Source: Candidatus Hermodarchaeota archaeon
Lineage (GTDB): Archaea; Asgardarchaeota; Hermodarchaeia; Hermodarchaeales; Hermodarchaeaceae
Direction of reading: 5' to 3'
Assembly (NCBI GenBank): GCA_016840065.1
Contig: JAEOTB010000056.1
Coordinates: 1-16,814, forward strand
Length of the DNA stretch: 16,814 nt
The notes below the pieces were generated by a model. That model ran no database searches. It was given only the letters and a program-made list of their open reading frames with translations, and was not told the origin of the DNA. Positions 9,472-15,691 of the stretch are shown in pieces; within the stretch, counting starts at the first letter, position 1, and the number at the start of each line of letters is the position of its first letter. Made by a program: the position numbers and the translations under genes.

Positions 9472-10014
9472 ATGGAAAATGTCGATATGTTCCAATTCAT
9501 CAAAGGAGACCTATCAAACAAGGATGGAGCCTTGATGATGCAAGGTGAGCGGTTCATCCTTGTACCTGTTGGCTTTATCTCATACCTTCAGAAGGGAATA
9601 GAGAACATCGCAGGCCCTGATGGCACATATGTCATGATGACCGAAGCAGCCCAAATGAGCGGTAGGGATGTCAGTCAAACCGTACTTGCGCTTGCTCAAG
9701 GTTTACCCTTCGAACAGCAAGTACAACTATTTCTGAGAATGAATTCAGCCATTGGTTGGGGCAAGTATGAAGTAGAAGAACTCACAATGGAGCCCTTCAA
9801 GCTGGTTGTCAAACACATCAACAGCTACGTCGGAGATGTCTACGAAGGCAAAGCTGATGGTCCCCGATGCTTCCTTTCAGTAGGAACCAAAGACCTCTAC
9901 GAATCCCTCCTCAAAGCTGCCGGCAGAGACATCAAACTCAAGGTAACAGAAACCCTGTGCGTTGCAAAAGGCGACAAGCACTGCCAACTCACCTTCGAGG
10001 AAGACGCGCTATAG
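9472..10014 (+). CDS. Stand-alone V4R (4-vinyl reductase) domain protein
   Basis: GERFILVP, GWGK, PRCF and ETLCVAKGDKHCQL (the V4R ExxCxxxGxxxC pattern); AT-rich TATA-like tract about 25-30 nt upstream. Confidence 0.85.
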   Translation: MENVDMFQFIKGDLSNKDGALMMQGERFILVPVGFISYLQKGIENIAGPDGTYVMMTEAAQMSGRDVSQTVLALAQGLPFEQQVQLFLRMNSAIGWGKYEVEELTMEPFKLVVKHINSYVGDVYEGKADGPRCFLSVGTKDLYESLLKAAGRDIKLKVTETLCVAKGDKHCQLTFEEDAL

Positions 10015-10018
10015 CCAA

Positions 10019-10531
10019 CTAGAAGTCGTCAACAATCGGAGGCATAACGCTCATGACCCACGTCGAGGTACCCTTGAGCTTCCATTGACCCCGCTTGTTC
10101 TTCTCCATACTGCCACTCGCGGGGCGATCCCGTCCACTACTGTATAGATAGACAGTACAGTCCTTGCCCTTGGTTTCGACCTTCAACACCGTCAACTCAA
10201 AGTCGTCTCCTTCGAGTTCATAGGATTTCTCGGGAATCCCACCCAGATAAGATCTAGGTGTGTTTGGATTGTACTTGATGTGGCTAACCCAGTTGACGTG
10301 TGGGGTTCTTAGCCCGAGACCAGAGGGTGACATCAGGTCCTCCTTTGTGGAGTCTTTGTGCACCATGATGGACACCATAGCGCACGCGAGCTTGAAGTCC
10401 TCCTCGACGTTCATCAGCGCAATCATGTAGTGGAATGCGCACATCCCGGGGTCCTTAGCGGTCTTTGTCCAGCTTCTCTTGAACTTGTCGAAATCCCGAA
10501 TCATCTTCATTTTCAGCGTTCTTTTAGCCAT
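10019..10531 (-). CDS. DUF6935-like hypothetical protein, most diverged of three tandem paralogs
   Basis: Shares FDKFK, VHKD, EDLMSPSG, PRSYLGG, GQWK and C-terminal DF with its two neighbours. GAGGTG RBS 6 nt before ATG 10531 (MAKRTLK). Family name is from recalled motif similarity (SY..G.TPEN.Y...SxG.D.P...G.W), not a search. Confidence 0.75.
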   Translation of the reverse strand: MAKRTLKMKMIRDFDKFKRSWTKTAKDPGMCAFHYMIALMNVEEDFKLACAMVSIMVHKDSTKEDLMSPSGLGLRTPHVNWVSHIKYNPNTPRSYLGGIPEKSYELEGDDFELTVLKVETKGKDCTVYLYSSGRDRPASGSMEKNKRGQWKLKGTSTWVMSVMPPIVDDF

Positions 10532-10585
10532 CTGCAACACCTCAAGAATCTGCCACTCAGTGTCTTAACATGTTGGATTTCTGTT

Positions 10586-11122
10586 CTAGAAATCTTCTTC
10601 TTCCTGCACTGACTCACGGACACCCGTTATGATCGAGGAACATTCAAGAATCTTCCATTGCCCGTGCTTATTGCATGCAAGAGAGGTTGGGGTGGGGTTA
10701 TCCTTACCAGCGCTTTTGATCCACACTTTCGCCTGAATTGGTCCTCGTTTGGGCTTACGTTCTTGAATCTTCAAGACGGTCATCTTCAAGGCCTTTGTGT
10801 CTATTTCATAGTCGTTTTCTGGTGTGCCACCGAGGTAGCTTCGAGGTACATCAGGATTCTCCTTTGTGTGAAAGAGGAAATAGGCTTGGGTTCGTAGTAA
10901 CCCACGCCCTGAAGGTGACATCAAATCCTCCTTGGTCTGGTCCTTGTGAACAAGGATGGACATCATCGCGGCAGCGATTTTCTTATCACGCTCGATGTTC
11001 AAGAGAGCAATGATATAATAGAAAATGGTATTTTCGGGTTCGCCCGCATCCTTTTCCCATGCCGCCTTGAACTTATCAAAGCTGGTAATCATCTTGCCAG
11101 TAACAGTCTTCTGTTTTGCCAT
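10586..11122 (-). CDS. DUF6935-like hypothetical protein, middle tandem paralog
   Basis: PRSYLGGTPENDY, SAGKDNPTP and GQWKILECSSIITGVR; AGGTG RBS before ATG 11122 (MAKQKTV). Confidence 0.78.
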   Translation of the reverse strand: MAKQKTVTGKMITSFDKFKAAWEKDAGEPENTIFYYIIALLNIERDKKIAAAMMSILVHKDQTKEDLMSPSGRGLLRTQAYFLFHTKENPDVPRSYLGGTPENDYEIDTKALKMTVLKIQERKPKRGPIQAKVWIKSAGKDNPTPTSLACNKHGQWKILECSSIITGVRESVQEEEDF

Positions 11123-11174
11123 CGTAAACACCTGTAGAATCTACTAATTGCAGTTCAGAAATGGCCTTCGCCGT

Positions 11175-11705
11175 CTAGAAATCCTCTTCTTCCTCTTTGG
11201 ATGGTCGAACTCCGGTAATAATAGAAGAACACTCGATGATCTTCCATTGTCCATACCGATTCCGGGCTAGTTGTGTCGGGGTTGGGCTATCTTTGCCTGC
11301 ACTCTTAATCCACACCTTCACCTTGGGAGGACCTCTTCTCCGCTTCATCGGAGTAACCCTTAGCAGGGTCATCTTGAGATCCTTATCGTTGATTTCGTAG
11401 TTGTTCCCAGGTGTCCCGCCAAGATAACTCCGGGGGACATTTGGGTGCTCCTTGGTGTGGAAGAAATAGTATCGCTGGCCACGTCCAAGCTTCAAACCTG
11501 AGGGGGACATCAGGTCTTCTAAGGTCCGGTCTTTATGTACAAGGATAGTCATCATAGCCTGAGCGGTTTTTTCATTACGTTCAATATTCGTGAGGGCGAT
11601 TAAATAATGGAAAATAGTCTGTTCGGGGTCACCCGAATCCTTTTCCCAGCTCGCTTTGAACTTGTCGAATTTAGTAATCATTTTCCCTTTGATGGTTCTC
11701 GCCAT
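11175..11705 (-). CDS. DUF6935-like hypothetical protein, first tandem paralog
   Basis: PRSYLGGTPGNNY, SAGKDSPTP and GQWKIIECSSIITGVR; GGTG before the ATG; TTTTTA TATA-like box upstream on the minus strand. Confidence 0.78.
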   Translation of the reverse strand: MARTIKGKMITKFDKFKASWEKDSGDPEQTIFHYLIALTNIERNEKTAQAMMTILVHKDRTLEDLMSPSGLKLGRGQRYYFFHTKEHPNVPRSYLGGTPGNNYEINDKDLKMTLLRVTPMKRRRGPPKVKVWIKSAGKDSPTPTQLARNRYGQWKIIECSSIITGVRPSKEEEEDF

Positions 11706-11720
11706 TTTGAAAGCACCACA

Positions 11721-11760
11721 AAAAACATTGAGAACTTAGCGTAAAAAGGTTCTTGTTTTT
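11721..11760 (-). promoter_or_regulatory. Putative promoter of the paralog cluster (TATA-like TTTTTA) flanked by an inverted repeat
   Basis: Minus strand reads AAGAACC-TTTTTA (11742-11747), about 37 nt upstream of ATG 11705. Inverted arms AAAAACA/TGTTTTT and AGAAC/GTTCT. Confidence 0.4.
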
Positions 11761-11811
11761 CTTATAGGCTCAGGAATCCTCTAACTCGTTAATGGGGACA
11801 GTTTATTACCG

Positions 11812-13086
11812 ATGTTTAAGGGCAGGGATTCAAACTATCGAATGTGGACTCTGTTGAATCGTCGTCAAGTTGCCGCTCTGGTAATGTTTGTGTTTTGCTG
11901 TCTAGGCTTCATCGGCAGTATGTGGCTCATTAGAGTTCAGGTTCTAGCTACCAACGGCACAGCTAATCCTTCTGATGACCCAATGGGGATGGAGCCGTTC
12001 CGAAATATCATTCTGATGATTGGAGACGGAAATGGTGTTGGTCAATTGAACGCGACAAGAATGTCCCTCGGACAAGGTGAGACTCTCTTTGTGGATACTT
12101 TCCCCTTCCAGGGCTTGATCGAAACCACTTCACTTGGAGGTGTGATAACAGATTCAGCAGCAGCTGCCACAGCCCTAGCCTGTGGTGTGCAGACATGGAA
12201 CACCTTCATTGCGGTGTCAGCGTCAGGAGCACCCCAGACCACTATCCTAGAGTATGCTGAAACCCTTGGAAAATCAACAGGCCTAGTGACCACAACCCGC
12301 CTCACTCATGCAACTCCCGCTTGTTTTGCCGCTCATGTTCCCAACAGGAATCAGGAAACCGAGATTGGTCGACAAATGCTCTTCGAACACGAGATCGAAG
12401 TACTACTAGGTGGTGGGAGAAGCATACTTGATTCCTTCCTCCCTAGTGCAGTTACTGATGGATATACACTCGTTGAGAACCGAACCCAACTAATAGAATC
12501 GATGGATGCTCCGAAGCTTCTTGGAGTGTTCACATCCAGTCACATGAGTTACGAGGTTGAAAGAAATACCTCCCTTGAACCTAGCCTTGCTGAAATGACA
12601 AATCTAACCATCCAGTCATTAGAAAGAAACTCTGAAGGATTCTTCCTGATGGTTGAAGGGGGCAGGATAGATCACGCGGGCCATGCGAATAATATCACCA
12701 ATGTTGTTGGTGATGGCTTAGCCTTCAACGAAGCGGTGGGTGTCGCTCTTCAGTTCGCTGAAGAGGATGGGCAGACGCTCCTCATCGTAACCGCAGACCA
12801 TGAAACTGGAGGGCTGCAAGTGAATAGCACCAGCCCCGAATTAGATGTTGAATGGTCTACAACAGGTCACACCGCGGATAGGATTCCCTTCTTCATCTTC
12901 TGCCAGAACCTATCTATTATCCCCGATTTAGACCATCACACAGATATGGGGCAGTTCCTCTTCACAGCGTTCGGCTACACAAGTTCTATGGTTAACAAAG
13001 GCATCCAAAATATCTACCTGGGGCTTGATGCTAGGCAGATAATTGGGTTGCCTGGAAAACTCTTAACTATTCGATTTTATCGATGA
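11812..13086 (+). CDS. phoA: Alkaline phosphatase (PhoA family) with N-terminal signal/membrane anchor
   Basis: IGDG, TDSAAAAT (catalytic Ser), THATPA, HVPNR, EGGRIDHAGH, TADHETGG and GHT metal/active-site motifs; hydrophobic N-terminal segment. Start could instead be ATG 11842. Confidence 0.92.
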   Translation: MFKGRDSNYRMWTLLNRRQVAALVMFVFCCLGFIGSMWLIRVQVLATNGTANPSDDPMGMEPFRNIILMIGDGNGVGQLNATRMSLGQGETLFVDTFPFQGLIETTSLGGVITDSAAAATALACGVQTWNTFIAVSASGAPQTTILEYAETLGKSTGLVTTTRLTHATPACFAAHVPNRNQETEIGRQMLFEHEIEVLLGGGRSILDSFLPSAVTDGYTLVENRTQLIESMDAPKLLGVFTSSHMSYEVERNTSLEPSLAEMTNLTIQSLERNSEGFFLMVEGGRIDHAGHANNITNVVGDGLAFNEAVGVALQFAEEDGQTLLIVTADHETGGLQVNSTSPELDVEWSTTGHTADRIPFFIFCQNLSIIPDLDHHTDMGQFLFTAFGYTSSMVNKGIQNIYLGLDARQIIGLPGKLLTIRFYR

Positions 13087-13237
13087 GGGTCTTGCCTTTT
13101 TCCTTAGAAGCTTTCATTACTCCAGTGATTATGACTTCAATCCTATTCACTAGTTCTTCTAAGGCTGTTGAAGTAATCGTGAATCCTTTCTCTTGCAGGT
13201 ATCTACGGACCTGTCGTTCAAAGTCCTTTCCAAGCAT
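13067..13237 (-). CDS. Small (56 aa) putative histone-fold protein of the short alpha3-truncated prokaryotic histone type
   Basis: Hand translation: MLGKDFERQVRRYLQEKGFTITSTALEELVNRIEVIITGVMKASKEKGKTLIDKIE*. GGTGA RBS 8 nt upstream, in-frame TGA just before the start, TTTTTA TATA-like box at 13287-13292. Helix-loop-long helix-GKT(L/I) pattern. Below the ORF-track length cutoff. Confidence 0.65.
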   Translation of the reverse strand: MLGKDFERQVRRYLQEKGFTITSTALEELVNRIEVIITGVMKASKEKGKTLIDKIE

Positions 13238-13341
13238 TTTTCAGTTCACCAGGGTCTATTCATTGTAATAATAGTAGTAGAATACCTAAAAACTTAGACC
13301 TACCAATCTATAACAGGATTCTTGAGTAGTTGGTGAATTCA

Positions 13342-14124
13342 ATGTCTTTCGAAGCAAGGTGGCGAGTCTTACTAGGTCCCATTCTTCTGCTTGTAGTATC
13401 CTACACAATCTACCTAATCCGATACCCATTGTGGTGGTTCATCACACACGTAGAACAAATATTCACAATGCTCATTGTATCTTATTCTATAGTTTTGATT
13501 CTTGCTTTGGTTTTACTGATAAAGGATTTGAAAATCCCAGACAAAATATCCACAACAATAAGACACACTTGGGTTTTAGTCGGCGTGATTTTTGCCCTTG
13601 TTTATTTGGGCTTATGGCATCTGATTAGCTTTATTTTTGGCACTAGATTCGGGTTCACGCCTTTTCCAAATCTAAGTGGTTATGAAAGTTATTCTGTTTA
13701 TTCATTACCTCTAGCTTTCATTCTTTACTTTGCCTTCGCGGTCTTCGGGGCTTTCGTAGAAGAGATTGCGTATAGAGGATATGTTCAAACAAGGATTGCG
13801 TCACGATATGGCTATATTGCAGGTATTCTTATCTCTGCATTATTATTCTCGTTACAACACATTCATGTTTTTGAACTATTCTGGATCATCGAATTCTTAC
13901 AAACCCAGTTTGTGCATGTTTTATTGTTCGGAGTCTTTACAGGTTATCTCTACTATAAGAGTAAGAAGAATATATGGAGTGTCTTTGCGTTTCACGCCTT
14001 ACTGAACATCTTTGCTGTTTCTGTCCCCATAGTTGTGGTTTCAACTTTTCCAATTATCAATCAAATTGCTACAATTGCTAGCTTTATAATTTTAATTGCG
14101 CTTCTAGATTCAATAGAGGTATAG
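13342..14124 (+). CDS. CPBP (Abi/CAAX) family intramembrane glutamic endopeptidase
   Basis: EEIAYRGY, FSLQH and FHALLN motifs; multiple TM segments; GGTGA RBS before ATG 13342. Confidence 0.9.
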   Translation: MSFEARWRVLLGPILLLVVSYTIYLIRYPLWWFITHVEQIFTMLIVSYSIVLILALVLLIKDLKIPDKISTTIRHTWVLVGVIFALVYLGLWHLISFIFGTRFGFTPFPNLSGYESYSVYSLPLAFILYFAFAVFGAFVEEIAYRGYVQTRIASRYGYIAGILISALLFSLQHIHVFELFWIIEFLQTQFVHVLLFGVFTGYLYYKSKKNIWSVFAFHALLNIFAVSVPIVVVSTFPIINQIATIASFIILIALLDSIEV

Positions 14125-14168
14125 CTCAAAGTTCACCAAGAATATTTAGAAGTATAGTGTGATGTTTT

Positions 14169-14405
14169 ATGCGAATTGGAGTCTGTGGAATAGCTTGTGA
14201 GAGATGTCCAAAGATGGTAAGTGGACAGTGTCCTAACGGTGAAAAGGGGTGCAAACCCAAGGAGAACAAGTTCTGCAAGATTTCGACTTGTGCGTTTCAC
14301 AAGGGCGTACAACTCTGCTTTGAGTGCCCCGAGTTCCCTTGTGAAACTACAAAACTGGGTCCAATCAGTTACGGCTTCTGCCAGTACATTTCAGGAAAAT
14401 CCTAG
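14169..14405 (+). CDS. Small Cys-rich DUF3795-like metal-binding protein
   Basis: GVCGIACERCP...C...GC...CKISTC...LCFECPEFPC pattern. Confidence 0.8.
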   Translation: MRIGVCGIACERCPKMVSGQCPNGEKGCKPKENKFCKISTCAFHKGVQLCFECPEFPCETTKLGPISYGFCQYISGKS

Positions 14406-14427
14406 CCAGTTTTACCAACAAAGGCTA

Positions 14428-15303
14428 TCATATTTCATCTAGTTCTTGTAGTGCAGCCTTCGTGCGCTGGGAGCCCGGATCTATCTCCAAAGCCTTCAGA
14501 TAGCAGCTTCTAGCTTCCTCCTTATGCCCGATCTTTTCCAAAGCCACTGCTCGATGATACCAGGCATCAGTACTGCTAGGGTCTATTCTTGTGGCTTCCT
14601 CAAAGCAAGATAGGGCTTCATCTTCTCCCTTGAACTTAGCCAGGGCGATTCCTTTGTTTATCCAAAGGTCTACAGACTTTGGGTTCATCTTTATGCCCTT
14701 CTCGAAGCATTCGACAGCTTTCTCCAATTTTCCTAGGTGAGCAAGAACTGTACCCATGTTATACCAAAGAGTAGCAAAGGATGCACCGAGTTTGGCGGCT
14801 TTTTCATAGCAGGTTATTGCCTCCTCCATCCTGCCTGCCATACTGAGAAGGTCTCCCCTGAGAGCCCAGGCCTTGGAGTCCTCAGGTACTAACTTTGTGA
14901 CTTGCTCAAAACAGTCTGCTGCCTCCCCATATCTACCAAGAGATGCGAGAAGACTCCCCTTTGCCCGCCAACCCCTAACATTGCCGGGGTCTAGTTTGAG
15001 TGCTTCATCAAAACACTGAAGCGCTTCCTCTTGTTTTCCCAATTGACCCAGCGCTGCGCTCTTCCCCAGCCACGCCTCAACGTTCTGAGGCGCTAGTTCT
15101 ATTGCCATCTCAAAGCTACCCAATGCTTCTCTGGGCTTGTCAAGCCGAGTAAGAACTAGTCCTTTGGCAACCCAAGCCCCTGCGTTCTGGGAATCCGCTT
15201 GTATGGCTTTCTCAAAACACTTCAGCGCCTCAGAGTTTTTTCTTTCGCGAACTAGCATAATGCCCTGAGCAATCCACATATCAGCGCTACTAGGGTTAAC
15301 CAT
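14428..15303 (-). CDS. Tetratricopeptide repeat (TPR) protein
   Basis: About eight 34-aa repeats W..KG..L..LG...EA..CFE.A....P. ATG 15303 has GAGGG 8 nt upstream; the alternative start is TTG 15330. Confidence 0.92.
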   Translation of the reverse strand: MVNPSSADMWIAQGIMLVRERKNSEALKCFEKAIQADSQNAGAWVAKGLVLTRLDKPREALGSFEMAIELAPQNVEAWLGKSAALGQLGKQEEALQCFDEALKLDPGNVRGWRAKGSLLASLGRYGEAADCFEQVTKLVPEDSKAWALRGDLLSMAGRMEEAITCYEKAAKLGASFATLWYNMGTVLAHLGKLEKAVECFEKGIKMNPKSVDLWINKGIALAKFKGEDEALSCFEEATRIDPSSTDAWYHRAVALEKIGHKEEARSCYLKALEIDPGSQRTKAALQELDEI

Positions 15304-15504
15304 CAGCTTTTCCCTCTGATTGCCTACCAATCCCTAACATTCTACTGCTGTTTTAGTGTGTTGGTTCCAAGACTAGTAACTGAAACAAACATTTATTGTG
15401 AATATCTAAACCTTCAGTGTTGGTGTCTAGATTACAGTGTCATGGTCTATTCACACCACGCCTCTATCTTTCTTCAGAGAAGAATGGTTTATGATGAGTG
15501 TAAG

Positions 15505-15522
15505 ACCGAAACCTAATTAATA
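15505..15522 (+). promoter_or_regulatory. Putative archaeal BRE-TATA promoter of the RNR gene
   Basis: ACCGAAACC-TAATTAATA fits a purine-rich BRE followed by a TATA box; predicts a TSS near 15540-15548. Confidence 0.55.
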
Positions 15523-15561
15523 GAGAATAACTGTTTGACAGCTGACAAGCATTTGATATGC

Positions 15562-15665
15562 TCTGCTCAATCACAGATGACCTGGTTGCCTCCTAATCTG
15601 GCTGGGCTTCTAAGATTATGAGGTAGGTGTGGAAGGCGGCGGCTAACCAGTCAAGGTGATACAGA
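15562..15665 (+). ncRNA. Candidate structured 5' leader (cis-regulatory RNA) of the RNR gene
   Basis: Nested complementary segments TCTG/CAGA, ATCAC/GTGAT, TGA/TCA and CTGGTT/AACCAG, with an inner hairpin GCCTC-C-TAATCT/AGATTA-T-GAGGT. Confidence 0.35.
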
Positions 15666-15691
15666 AGACAACTCTGAGGAATGAGGCTATA

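Noticed and set aside
13083-13268. 61-aa plus-strand ORF from the track
   Set aside because: It is the antisense shadow of the 56-aa minus-strand ORF, which has the RBS and the protein-like pattern.
15354-15448. Three loose AGTGT..TGGT direct repeats upstream of the TPR gene
   Set aside because: They are short, degenerate and irregularly spaced, so chance cannot be excluded.
15485-15513. Hammerhead-like ATGATGAG...CGAAAC
   Set aside because: The core should be CUGAUGA, stem II barely pairs and there is no stem I; CGAAAC is better explained as a BRE.
15619-15644. SRP RNA helix-8-like GGTAGGTGTGGAAGGCGGCGGC
   Set aside because: The bases flanking GGAA do not pair, the AGCA motif is missing, and the region is too short for an archaeal SRP RNA.
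15528-15670. Canonical cobalamin riboswitch upstream of the RNR gene
   Set aside because: Only fragments are present (ACTGT, GGAAGG, AGTCA, AGAC); the GGGAA, CCCGC, GCCACTG and intact B12-box elements are not there in order.
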